Shown here: positions 48,256 through 57,719 of the stretch, piece after piece
Numbering within the stretch: the stretch's first letter is position 1
How the letters are laid out: every line of letters starts with the position of its first letter
Assembly (NCBI GenBank): GCA_028281945.1
Contig: JANQIW010000037.1
Span: forward strand, 494 to 64,493
DNA from: Prochloraceae cyanobacterium PL24a_bin.78
GTDB taxonomy: Bacteria; Cyanobacteriota; Cyanobacteriia; Cyanobacteriales; JANQIW01
Direction of reading: 5' to 3'
Length of the DNA stretch: 64,000 nucleotides
Translations under genes and position numbers: made by a program
The notes under the pieces: model-generated
What the model was told of the DNA's origin: nothing
What the model saw: only the letters and a program-made list of their open reading frames with translations
Databases searched by the model: none

Positions 48256-49806
48256 ATGAATTTTAATCAAATATTAGTTTGGATTGTCTGTTTTTCTTGT
48301 GGAATTTATTGTTATCGTGCCATTTGTTCTTCAATAAAAAATAATATTGGTTGGATTATTATTAGTTCCTCTATTTTTGTTTTAACTTTGATTTTCTCCT
48401 TTTTATATTCTGATGTAGCAGGTTATGTCGGTGGATTTCTGTGGTTTATACTTCTGTTTTTACCCATGATGGGATTTAGTTTCGTCAATCAATTAGTTTT
48501 TCAACAACGCTATCACGAAGCTAGAAAATTAAGCACTTATTTAAGATGGCTACATCCTTTAGATGGTTGGCTTGAACAACCGGGGTTATTATTAGCATTA
48601 GAAATGGCTAAAGAAGGAAAATTTGAGAGAGCAACTCAAATTATTAAATACTATGAAAAAAAGAATTCTCCTTTATTTTTTTATACTTGGGTTTTACTAT
48701 ATTCTATCAAAGCAGATTGGGAAAATTTATTAACATGGATCCAAAATCACACCTCCAAATCAGCCCTTTTTAATCAGCCTAAATTATTTATGTATTATAT
48801 TCGTTGTTTAGGAGAAATGGGGGAGTTAAATCATTTACTTCAAGAGTTAGAAATGGCAACCCCAACTCTGGAAAAATCCGGGGATAAAATTAGTATTAAT
48901 TTAGTACGAATGTTTGCTTTAGCATTTTCTGGAAAAACTGAATCTGTTAAGCTTTTACTGAATAATTCTTTGAAAATTTATCCTGAAAAAATTAAACGAT
49001 TTTGGTTTTTTACAGCGCAAATGGCAGCAGGAAATTTACAAGTTAGTCGCCAAGGGTTGTTAGAATTACGTTTAAATTCTGATCTGATTTTAAATAATGC
49101 TATTGAGCAGCGATTGTGTGATCCTATTCTTGAATCTAAAAGACAATTATCTCTTGATTCAATCCATATTATTAATAATATTGAAACTAAAATTAATCGA
49201 GAAATAAAATGCGATCGAATTGTTGATTTTCGTAATTCTAAAGCAGATGCTACTTATGTTTTAATAGCAGTTAATTTAATCTTTTTTATCTTAGAATACA
49301 CAGGTGGAGGTTTCACCAATGAGGAAACTTTAACAAATTTAGGGGCTTTAATTCCTCAAGCAGTAAAAGCAGGGGAATGGTGGCGTTTATTGAATGCAAA
49401 TTTTCTTCATTTTGGTTGGATACATTTATTAAGTAATATTATTGCTCTATATTTTTTAGGGAAAATTGTTGAACCAAATTTAGGAAGATTATGGTATTTG
49501 ATTACCTATTTTGTAAGTGGAATAGGTGCAATGATTGCTTTTACCTTTTTAGCTGAACCTGATCAGATTTTAATCGGTGCATCGGGAGCAATTATGGGCT
49601 TAATTGGGGCAATTCTTGCGATTTTTCTGAAAGTTTGGCGCAAAGATAATTCTCGAATTGCTCGTCAAAGAATGCTGGTAATTTTGTTTATGGTTGGCTT
49701 ACAATTTGCTTTCGATTTGGCTAATCCACAGGTGAGTTTTTTATGTCATCTTTTTGGCTTTATTATTGGATTTATTACTGTATGTTTGTTACTAATTCGT
49801 TCTTAG
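48256..49806 (+). CDS. rhomboid-family intramembrane serine protease with N-terminal TM/TPR-like extension
   Basis: WWRLLNANFLHFGWIHLLSN, GASGAIMGLIGA (catalytic Ser) and a downstream His (CHLFGF). ATG at 48256; the track uses the TTG at 48250. Confidence 0.8.
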   Translation: MNFNQILVWIVCFSCGIYCYRAICSSIKNNIGWIIISSSIFVLTLIFSFLYSDVAGYVGGFLWFILLFLPMMGFSFVNQLVFQQRYHEARKLSTYLRWLHPLDGWLEQPGLLLALEMAKEGKFERATQIIKYYEKKNSPLFFYTWVLLYSIKADWENLLTWIQNHTSKSALFNQPKLFMYYIRCLGEMGELNHLLQELEMATPTLEKSGDKISINLVRMFALAFSGKTESVKLLLNNSLKIYPEKIKRFWFFTAQMAAGNLQVSRQGLLELRLNSDLILNNAIEQRLCDPILESKRQLSLDSIHIINNIETKINREIKCDRIVDFRNSKADATYVLIAVNLIFFILEYTGGGFTNEETLTNLGALIPQAVKAGEWWRLLNANFLHFGWIHLLSNIIALYFLGKIVEPNLGRLWYLITYFVSGIGAMIAFTFLAEPDQILIGASGAIMGLIGAILAIFLKVWRKDNSRIARQRMLVILFMVGLQFAFDLANPQVSFLCHLFGFIIGFITVCLLLIRS

Positions 49807-49842
49807 TTTTTATCTTAATATTTGTCTTAATAATAGTTAACT

Positions 49843-49902
49843 ATGCCAGCAAAAGATATTTATCATAATGTTAAAGGCTTTGCTGAAAAATGCTATGATT
49901 GA
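49843..49902 (+). pseudogene. 19-codon remnant resembling the N-terminus of XisH
   Basis: MPAKDIYHNVKGFAEKCYD* compared with the XisH family start MPAKDI(F/Y)HD.VK.AL.KDGW. It is truncated after 19 codons. Confidence 0.3.
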
Positions 49903-49958
49903 AAATAGCTAGTTTTTATTGTATATTAATTTTATAAACTATTAATAAAGAGCAAAAA

Positions 49959-50768
49959 ATGCAATTTTTATCTAGAAGTCTTATAGTTACTAGTACTGTT
50001 CTTGGGGTGCTAAGTACTACAAACAATGTTGTAAATGCTTCTAATTTCTTCTTTGATTTTGAAGATGGTATGCTACCTGAAGAGGCCTTATTTCTACAAC
50101 AAGATTCAGACGATGAAACTATATCATTTGAGCCGACTATTGAAACATTTAATGGCAATAATGTCTTACGCTTGAGTGATGATCTGCCAAGTTCAGAAGG
50201 TGGAGCTTCTATTAGCTCTCTTGTTAATCCTACTGTGATTATTGAAGATGTTACGGTTTCTGCTTTGTTGAATCCTGCTGAAGAAGATACTAACGATCGA
50301 ATATTATTATTTGCCAGATTAAATTTAGAAACCTCTGACACCTATGTTTTTGGAATTGACTATGAAACTGACGAACTATTCTTAAGTAAAGTAGTTGCAG
50401 GAGTTGTACCAGAAATTTCTTTTATTGATATTTTTAATGTTTCCCTCGATCCAAATGAAGCCTTTTTTGCTGAGTTTACCGTCATTGGCAATGAATTAAC
50501 AGGACGTTTATTTGACGAGACTGGCACTAATGAACTATATGAACTGTCATTTGTCGATAACGGGGATGTTTTACCAGCTGGAGCTACAGGGATTGCAGTA
50601 GATATTAGTGATGGTTTCCCCGCTGGAGATGATGTCAATAATACAACGATTGATAATTTCTCAGCTACAGCAGTGCCAGAACCTAGTTCTGTACTCAGTC
50701 TTTTACTCCTTGGTGCATTGGGAACTAAAATTTCACAAGGTACTAAGAAGGTAGATCGATCTCAATAA
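49959..50768 (+). CDS. PEP-CTERM sorting-domain secreted protein
   Basis: 269 aa with a signal peptide. The C-terminus has VPEPSSVLSLLLLGALG followed by basic residues. Confidence 0.8.
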   Translation: MQFLSRSLIVTSTVLGVLSTTNNVVNASNFFFDFEDGMLPEEALFLQQDSDDETISFEPTIETFNGNNVLRLSDDLPSSEGGASISSLVNPTVIIEDVTVSALLNPAEEDTNDRILLFARLNLETSDTYVFGIDYETDELFLSKVVAGVVPEISFIDIFNVSLDPNEAFFAEFTVIGNELTGRLFDETGTNELYELSFVDNGDVLPAGATGIAVDISDGFPAGDDVNNTTIDNFSATAVPEPSSVLSLLLLGALGTKISQGTKKVDRSQ

Positions 50769-50867
50769 AGGTTCAAGTAATAAGTAATAAGTAAGACCAA
50801 AGAGAAAAAAAAGGAAGAATAAAATCAAAAAATATTTTAAATCTTCCTTCACAGTATCAACTAATTA

Positions 50868-53471
50868 TCAATCATTATTATTGGCTTTATTATTAGCCTT
50901 AACAGCTTCTAACTTAACCAAACGACTTTTGAGATCTTGATTTTCCTGCTTAAGCTTATCCAAATCCTCCCTCAAACCCTTAATCGCCTTATCGGAACCA
51001 ATATTCCTTTGCACCCGATTAACAGCCTCCTCCGCCATACGACGCACTCGCCCATCAGGAGTTGCATCAGCCAAAGAAGAAAGAATCCCAATCGCTTTAG
51101 GAGTTTCCATTCTTCCCAAAGCAAACACCACCGCTACTTGAGTCAAGAAGAAACTTTCCCCAGAAATTATCTCCAAACACTCCAAGATTTCCTCTAATTT
51201 ACTAGGATTTTGACCACTAGAAATTATTCCTAATGCCCGAATTGCTGCCAAACGTAAAGCTTGAGGTACACCTTTTTTGGTATATTCTAGAATCAAATCC
51301 GCCGCTACTTCAGAAGTTTTTATTTGACTTAAACCCCCAATAGCACCCGATCGTACAACTTCATTCCAACCCGATCGAGTTTCGAGGATATTTTTTAATA
51401 AAGCAATAGCTTCAGATTCCTTCTCTTTCAAATTACCTAAAACCATTCCCCCCAAAACACGAGCAGTAGAAGCCTCCGTATAATAACTCTCATCACCTTT
51501 TTCTAGAAACTCTTTCAAAGTCTGATAACTTTCAGGAGTTTTAATCTCACTTAAAGCATCAACTACAGCACGACGAACGCGGGTATCGGAATCTTGCAAA
51601 CCACTAATTAAAGCATCAGCCGCCAAATCTAACTTAAGTTTTCCTAATTGTTTAGCAACTTCTACACGCACACCCCAAAAAGAATCATTCCCAAGAGATT
51701 CAGCTAAAGCCTTCATGGCTTCCAAACCACCCTTTTTAGCTAAAGCCGCAGCAGCATTAATTCGAGATATAACATCAGGATCGTATTTAAGTTGAGATTT
51801 TAATTCAGCCAGTGGATATTCCAAAGTTACTGTTTTGAGATAAAAATTCTTAACATCAAAGCTAACAAAATCAGGTTTTTTCTCTAAAGGTAAATAAAAA
51901 CTTTGCTCTTTCTCGTGGACTCTGAGAGTAAAAGTTTTAACTTCAACAGAATTGTTTACATAGCCAAAGCCGATAGGAATTTTCAGATCAAATAAATCAC
52001 CCTTCGTGCCACTTTTAGTATCCTTAAATTGAGTTTGATTAACCACAAGCTTGGCTAAATTATTATCACTATCCCAAGAATAACTAACTTTAAAATCTGG
52101 ATGACCACCTCGGAACACATATTGATCAAATAAGAAACCTAAATTTACACCTGTCGCCTGATCAATTGCCCTTAAAAGATCAATTGTTTCCACCGTTTGA
52201 TGAGCATGATTATTTACAAAAGTAGCAACTGCTTTATCAAATAACTCATCTCCCAAAATACCTCGAATCATATGATAAACACAAGCACCTTTTTCATAAA
52301 GATGTCGATCGTAAAGTTCTATAGCCTCACGATAAATATTAGTCACAATCGGACGACGGTATCTGGTTTTATCCTCTTGTAAATAAGAGCGAGCCTCCCT
52401 TAAAAGATAATAAGCTGCATCATCCTGTCCATATTCATACTCAGTCCATAAAACCTCACAATAAGAAGCCATTCCTTCTTTAATCCAAGCATGAGACCAA
52501 TGCTTAATTACTACTAAATCTCCAAACCATTGGTGAGCCAGTTCGTGAGCAACTAAACTTTCTGTTCGTAAATTATCTAAAGCAGCCCTTTCATCTAAAA
52601 GACAACGATCGGTTAATAAAGTAGTAGAAGTATTTTCCATGCCACCAAAAATAAAATCAGCCACACAGACTTGAGCATACTTAGGATAAGGATAAAGATA
52701 ACCAAATTTTTGACTAAAAAACTCAATCATTTTAGGAGTTTTCCCCATACTGCGGCGGGCATCAGACTCCCTAGGCTTTTCTACATAATAAGTAACAGGA
52801 ATATCATTCCACTTGTCCTCTATTTTCGCAAAATCCCCCACAGCCAAAGTCATTAAATAAGTAGGATGAACTTGCTTTTGATGCCAATGGAAAATGGCCT
52901 CTTCACCTTCATTCTTAACCGAGATTAACTCCCCATTAGAAATAGCTTGATATTGTTTAGGAATACGAATCCGGATTTCACTAGTAGCCAATTGTCCAGG
53001 ATAATCAAAACAAGGAAACCAGAAACGAGAATCTTCATCTTCACCCTGAGTCCAAACTTGATAAGGTTTATGAGGATAATCTTCATCTGGTTCAATAAAA
53101 TAAATCCCCCTTTCAGGATGATCAACAGCATAAGAAATACTAAGAGTTATACTAGCATCTGTAGTAGGCTGTAATAAATTAACCTTGAGAACTTCCCCAT
53201 CATACTCAAAAGGTTGACTAACATTCTCGATAAATACGGAATCAATCGTAAGAGCAACCCCATCTAAAGATAAGCATTTAATTCCTTCACGAACAGGTTT
53301 AAGAGTAATATTACAACTACCCTTACAAATCTTATTGGTAAAATCAATTGCCAAATCTAAAAATATATGTTCCACTTGACCTGGACGATCGGGATTATAG
53401 TGAGGTTTTGCCCCTGGCAACTCAAAAGATTTGCGACCTTTTTCTTCCGTATCAAAATACAATCGTAACAT
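50868..53471 (-). CDS. pepN: M1-family aminopeptidase N with C-terminal HEAT repeats
   Basis: 867 aa. GGMENTS, HELAHQWFGD and WIKEGMASY. The C-terminal region has repeated DxxVRxxAxxALG HEAT units and a coiled-coil tail. Confidence 0.9.
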   Translation of the reverse strand: MLRLYFDTEEKGRKSFELPGAKPHYNPDRPGQVEHIFLDLAIDFTNKICKGSCNITLKPVREGIKCLSLDGVALTIDSVFIENVSQPFEYDGEVLKVNLLQPTTDASITLSISYAVDHPERGIYFIEPDEDYPHKPYQVWTQGEDEDSRFWFPCFDYPGQLATSEIRIRIPKQYQAISNGELISVKNEGEEAIFHWHQKQVHPTYLMTLAVGDFAKIEDKWNDIPVTYYVEKPRESDARRSMGKTPKMIEFFSQKFGYLYPYPKYAQVCVADFIFGGMENTSTTLLTDRCLLDERAALDNLRTESLVAHELAHQWFGDLVVIKHWSHAWIKEGMASYCEVLWTEYEYGQDDAAYYLLREARSYLQEDKTRYRRPIVTNIYREAIELYDRHLYEKGACVYHMIRGILGDELFDKAVATFVNNHAHQTVETIDLLRAIDQATGVNLGFLFDQYVFRGGHPDFKVSYSWDSDNNLAKLVVNQTQFKDTKSGTKGDLFDLKIPIGFGYVNNSVEVKTFTLRVHEKEQSFYLPLEKKPDFVSFDVKNFYLKTVTLEYPLAELKSQLKYDPDVISRINAAAALAKKGGLEAMKALAESLGNDSFWGVRVEVAKQLGKLKLDLAADALISGLQDSDTRVRRAVVDALSEIKTPESYQTLKEFLEKGDESYYTEASTARVLGGMVLGNLKEKESEAIALLKNILETRSGWNEVVRSGAIGGLSQIKTSEVAADLILEYTKKGVPQALRLAAIRALGIISSGQNPSKLEEILECLEIISGESFFLTQVAVVFALGRMETPKAIGILSSLADATPDGRVRRMAEEAVNRVQRNIGSDKAIKGLREDLDKLKQENQDLKSRLVKLEAVKANNKANNND

Positions 53472-53968
53472 AAGATGATTATAAACTTTCCAAATTATAG
53501 ATTAACAAAAAACAACTAAGAGGGTAACAAAAATTGACCATCTGATTACTAGGTTAACTGTATTCTTTCTAGTATGCTGGATATATAATGCTTAAAGCAG
53601 CGATGCTAATGTTGGGATTTACCTCAATACTGCACCGTGGAAATAAATTATCTCATTTAGGGGGAATGAATTTTCGCTAATTATAAAGGATAGACAATTC
53701 TAGAGAAAATTGATAGAGGCGTTGATTTTAGGGTTTTAAGTATAAATCAACCTTAGGCTAAAACCCCTACTGATTTGTTGCCTTTGCATCTGCATCTAAA
53801 TTAATCTAACCTACCTTGCTAATTTTTGCCTTGCTAATTGCTCAAAAAGTAAGCTTGTTTGAGATATTTCACCTAAAAATAATAATTTTTTTTAACCAAA
53901 CTTGCAGTATAGAGAATCAAGAAAAGGCGTCGATCGATCTAAATATAGAGCCAATACTTCAGAAAGTT

Positions 53969-54230
53969 ATGAGTGAGAATACTGAATTACTTAGACGTTA
54001 GAACCTTAAATTTAGTTTCATTAAAATTGAGGAAAAAACTAATCATAAGTAATCACCCCAAAAATTTAGATAGGGAGAAATAGTCTCTAAGCTCTGTAGC
54101 CTAGAATACAATAACTTTATTCATCTTCCATACCAAAAGAGAGATTGAAACAGAAGTAAAGGTCAAATCAAGACTCCATCGTGCCAGAAACCGATTAATT
54201 AGCCAAAAGCCGCTGATCAAGAAAAACTAA
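53969..54230 (+). pseudogene. possible decayed ECF-type sigma factor remnant
   Basis: MSENTELLRR* looks like a sigma N-terminus. Further downstream and in a shifted frame, ...EIETEVKVKSRLHRARNRLISQK* resembles the region 4.2 motif GTVKSRLHRAR..L. Stops and frameshifts lie between them. Confidence 0.3.
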
Positions 54231-54263
54231 CTAAAGTATAGAAAATACATTAGATAAATTACC

Positions 54264-54641
54264 ATGTCAAGAAGAAAAAAGAAATTTCCCTGTGGTCACA
54301 AAGGTTACGGTCAAATTTGTCATAGATGCGCCGAAAAACAAGCAACATTTGATCGAAGGAAAAAGAAAAAAAATGAATGGGAACAAACCTTTACAACAGA
54401 TCCCATTGATTTAAGTACATTACCGAAAAACGTTGTAATCAAAGCTAGAAATATCATCCAAGGATTACAAACGCAAAAAAGTTATCGAGAATACCATGGC
54501 AAGAGATTAAGGCACAATCGCTTTGTCATCAGTATCCCCGTTACTCGTAACTACAGATTAATTTGTAAAGATTGCGGAAGTATTTTGATGCCAGAAGCAG
54601 TAGTTTCCCATGAAGATTACAATGTATGTAAACCGGGATGA
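54264..54641 (+). CDS. zinc-ribbon + RelE/ParE-like fold small protein (ParE-family toxin-like)
   Basis: 125 aa. The N-terminus is CGHKGYGQICHRC. The C-terminus is GKRLRHNRFVISIPVTRNYRLIC. Confidence 0.4.
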   Translation: MSRRKKKFPCGHKGYGQICHRCAEKQATFDRRKKKKNEWEQTFTTDPIDLSTLPKNVVIKARNIIQGLQTQKSYREYHGKRLRHNRFVISIPVTRNYRLICKDCGSILMPEAVVSHEDYNVCKPG

Positions 54642-54786
54642 TCTTAAATCCGAGAGGATCGAAAATTCATCCATAAAGTTACGAAATTATCGAGTTAGAG
54701 AATTGCCAAAGAATCATGAGGCTTCTATAACCCAAAACAGATAACGAAAAATAGTTGGAATAAAAAATTCAGATAGAATAATCATC

Positions 54787-55947
54787 ATGCAAATATACCT
54801 AGATCATAGTGCCACAACTCCACCTCGAGGGGAAGTGATTGCTACCATTAGCAAAACCCTTAGTCAACATTGGGGAAATCCTTCTAGTCTACATTCATGG
54901 GGCGATCGCGCAGCAACAATCATCGAAAAAGCGAGATTTCAAGTCGCAAGTTTAATTAATAGTCCCAATGCCGAATCCATTATCTTTACTTCTTCTGGCA
55001 CGGAGGCAGATAATCTGGCAATTTTTGGTATAGCCCAACAATTCAAAACACCACAACATCTAATTATTTCTAGTGTAGAACATTCAGCTATCGCTAATCC
55101 AGCAAAAATTTTAGAAGAATGGGGCTGGGAAATTACTAAATTACCAGTAAACTCATTAGGAAAAGTAAACCCTCTCGATCTAATGGCGGCTATTCAACCC
55201 AATACAGCTTTAATTTCTATAATTTCTGGGCAAAGTGAAGTAGGAACAATTCAACCCATATGGGAATTAGCCAAAATAGCTAGAGAAAATAACATTCTTT
55301 TTCATACCGATGCCGTGCAAACTGCTGGTAGAATTGCTATAGATGTGCAAAAAATACCAATAGATTTATTATCAATTTCTAGCCATAAAATTTATGGAAG
55401 TCCTGGTAGTGGTTGTTTATATATTCGATCGGGAGTAGAAATCAAGCCTATTATCCATGGAGGAGGGCAAGAATTAGGCTTAAGATCAGGTACTCAAGCA
55501 GTAGCAGAAATCGCCGGCTTTGGAATAGCAGCAGAATTAGCAGCCTCAGAAATGGAGATGGAAATACCTAGATTAATTAGATTACGTGATCGTCTCTTTG
55601 AATTACTAGAAGATTGCCCATATCTAGAAGTAACAGGAGATAGAATCAACCGCTTACCCCACCATGCCAGCTTTATCCTGAAAAATCTCCCAGAATCAGT
55701 CACAGGAAAAACCATGGTTAGAGAATTAAAATTAGCAGGAATTGCCATTAGTGCCGGTTCGGCCTGCCATAGTGGTAAAATAAGCCCATCTCCTATTTTG
55801 TTAGCGATGGGTTACAGTCCATCAGAAGCAAAACAAGGAATCCGTTTAACATTAGGTAGAGAAACCACACAAGCTGATATAGATTGGACAGCTATGGTTT
55901 TAAAACAAGTTATCCAACGAACTATCCCTGAATTAGTTACAGTTTAA
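54787..55947 (+). CDS. cysteine desulfurase (NifS/IscS-like, class V aminotransferase)
   Basis: 386 aa. YLDHSATTP, SSHKIYG (PLP lysine) and GSACHSG (active-site Cys). Confidence 0.9.
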   Translation: MQIYLDHSATTPPRGEVIATISKTLSQHWGNPSSLHSWGDRAATIIEKARFQVASLINSPNAESIIFTSSGTEADNLAIFGIAQQFKTPQHLIISSVEHSAIANPAKILEEWGWEITKLPVNSLGKVNPLDLMAAIQPNTALISIISGQSEVGTIQPIWELAKIARENNILFHTDAVQTAGRIAIDVQKIPIDLLSISSHKIYGSPGSGCLYIRSGVEIKPIIHGGGQELGLRSGTQAVAEIAGFGIAAELAASEMEMEIPRLIRLRDRLFELLEDCPYLEVTGDRINRLPHHASFILKNLPESVTGKTMVRELKLAGIAISAGSACHSGKISPSPILLAMGYSPSEAKQGIRLTLGRETTQADIDWTAMVLKQVIQRTIPELVTV

Positions 55948-55995
55948 ATCCTGTTTAATTACCTTTTAAATTTATCAAAATACTAGTTATTTATT

Positions 55996-56739
55996 ATGTC
56001 TAATGTACCCAAAAGTCTAGAAGAAACCATCATCCAAGCCAAAGAAGCGACTGTCAAAGCATTAGAAGCAGGATATGGCAGATTACAAATCGAAATAGTT
56101 ATCCCAGAAATCGCCCTGAAAGCCCAAGCTTTAGCCCTTGAATTTTCATCTATCTTTGAAGATTATGGTTCAGGATTGAAAATCTTATTCCCCGATACTG
56201 GAGCAGCATCTCTGGCACGTCGGGATTGGGGAGAAACAACTTTTCGAGTTAGTGATTTGGGTAGCAGTCGTATGCCGGTAGAAAATAAAATCGCCGATGA
56301 GGATCAAATCTTCTTGGTGGTTTGTCCATCCGCGGTGGAAGTTTCTCAAGTGGAAAAACTCTGTAATTTGGCAGTCGATCGACCCGTAGTACTTTTAATT
56401 CCCCAGTTAGAGGATATATCTATTGTCGGGATTGGTTATGCTGCCCGTCAGTTAAGGGAGCGTTTTCTGAGTACTTTAGAAACTTGTTATTATCTGCGCC
56501 CAATGGAGGAATCGGTGGTTATGCGGTGTTATCCTTCTCTTTGGCAAGTCTGGGTGGAAAAAGGTGAGGAATATGAATTGATTGCTGAAGAGCCTCAAAA
56601 ACCTATGGGTGACAATCTGGAGTTGATTTTAAAAGGTAAGGCTGAACCTGAAATGGCTAGTTCTGGTAAAATTCCTCCTCAGAAAAAGCAGAATATTTTT
56701 GGTGGATTACAAAAGTTTTTACGTGCTTTAAGTAAGTAG
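55996..56739 (+). CDS. DUF1995-like conserved cyanobacterial/plastid-lineage protein
   Basis: 247 aa. RLQIEIVIPEI...LFPDTGAASLARRDWGE is recalled as a DUF1995 pattern. Confidence 0.5.
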   Translation: MSNVPKSLEETIIQAKEATVKALEAGYGRLQIEIVIPEIALKAQALALEFSSIFEDYGSGLKILFPDTGAASLARRDWGETTFRVSDLGSSRMPVENKIADEDQIFLVVCPSAVEVSQVEKLCNLAVDRPVVLLIPQLEDISIVGIGYAARQLRERFLSTLETCYYLRPMEESVVMRCYPSLWQVWVEKGEEYELIAEEPQKPMGDNLELILKGKAEPEMASSGKIPPQKKQNIFGGLQKFLRALSK

Positions 56740-56824
56740 ATTAATAATAAAGTGTATATCTTAAAATAAGAAAGGAAAAGTTTTATAGATGAATTAAAAT
56801 TTGTTTTGATATTTTATACTTATA

Positions 56825-57382
56825 TTAAACTAAATCAGCTTCTTCAAAGATTTGTTCAACAGTTAAATCTAATTCTGGTAAAATTTCATCTTGTAAACTA
56901 TCTTTTCCTTCTTTAATTTCTAAAGATTTATCAGGATAAAAGATAGTAATATTTTTGGCAAATGAATCTACCAACCAAACTCTAGAAACACCCGCTTTTA
57001 AATAATCCATCGCCTTCTGACTCAAAGTACCAAAAGTTTGACCGGGAGAGATAATTTCAATAACTAACTCTGGTGGTTTTGGACAAGCAGTATCCTTTAA
57101 CTCATCTTTTGGTAACCTATCATAGGAGATATATAATAAATCCGGAACCGGTACCCAATCTTGATTGTTTCTTTTGAGAATAACACTCCATTTTAGTCCT
57201 AATTCTCCTCTATTTTTTACCCAATTTTCTAGCAAAATACATAAAGCTAAAGTCAAACGGGAATGGTTTAGTGTTGGAGTTATTTTAGGAATTGCTTCTC
57301 CTTCGATTAATTCTAAATTACAATCCTCCTCTGGTAGGTTTAAAAATTCTTCTAAGGTTAGTTTTTGGGTTGATATTGTCAT
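56825..57382 (-). CDS. Uma2 (DUF820) family putative endonuclease
   Basis: 185 aa. LELIEGE start, PDLLYIS, and ELVIEIISPGQT (the PD-(D/E)xK-like core). Confidence 0.8.
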   Translation of the reverse strand: MTISTQKLTLEEFLNLPEEDCNLELIEGEAIPKITPTLNHSRLTLALCILLENWVKNRGELGLKWSVILKRNNQDWVPVPDLLYISYDRLPKDELKDTACPKPPELVIEIISPGQTFGTLSQKAMDYLKAGVSRVWLVDSFAKNITIFYPDKSLEIKEGKDSLQDEILPELDLTVEQIFEEADLV

Positions 57383-57719
57383 ATTTTTTTTAATATACTG
57401 GTAAATGTATTTACTTTACTTTATATTATAACACACTCACCAATGGCAAATAATTGAGAATTCATGATTTATTGCCAGCTTTGAGTAAGTAGGTTTATTC
57501 TGCAATATATGCCTTAAGTTAGCAAAACAAATTTAGAAATAGAAGTATTGTCTGAAATTTCCTGATTTTTTATTTTTGAAATTTCTTGAATTTTTGTAAC
57601 CGAATTAATGGTATAGTTTTTAGTGAGATTTGATTAATTATAAAACAACTTTTCATAGTGTTTTACTTCAAATTTGAACACATAATAAACTTCTAAAACA
57701 AATCAAAGAGGACTTATAT

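Noticed and set aside
49916-50638. Minus-strand ORFs (49916-50341, 50360-50638) opposite the PEP-CTERM gene.
   Set aside because: The plus-strand frame has a signal peptide and a canonical PEP-CTERM anchor. The antisense frames are Ser-rich with no features.
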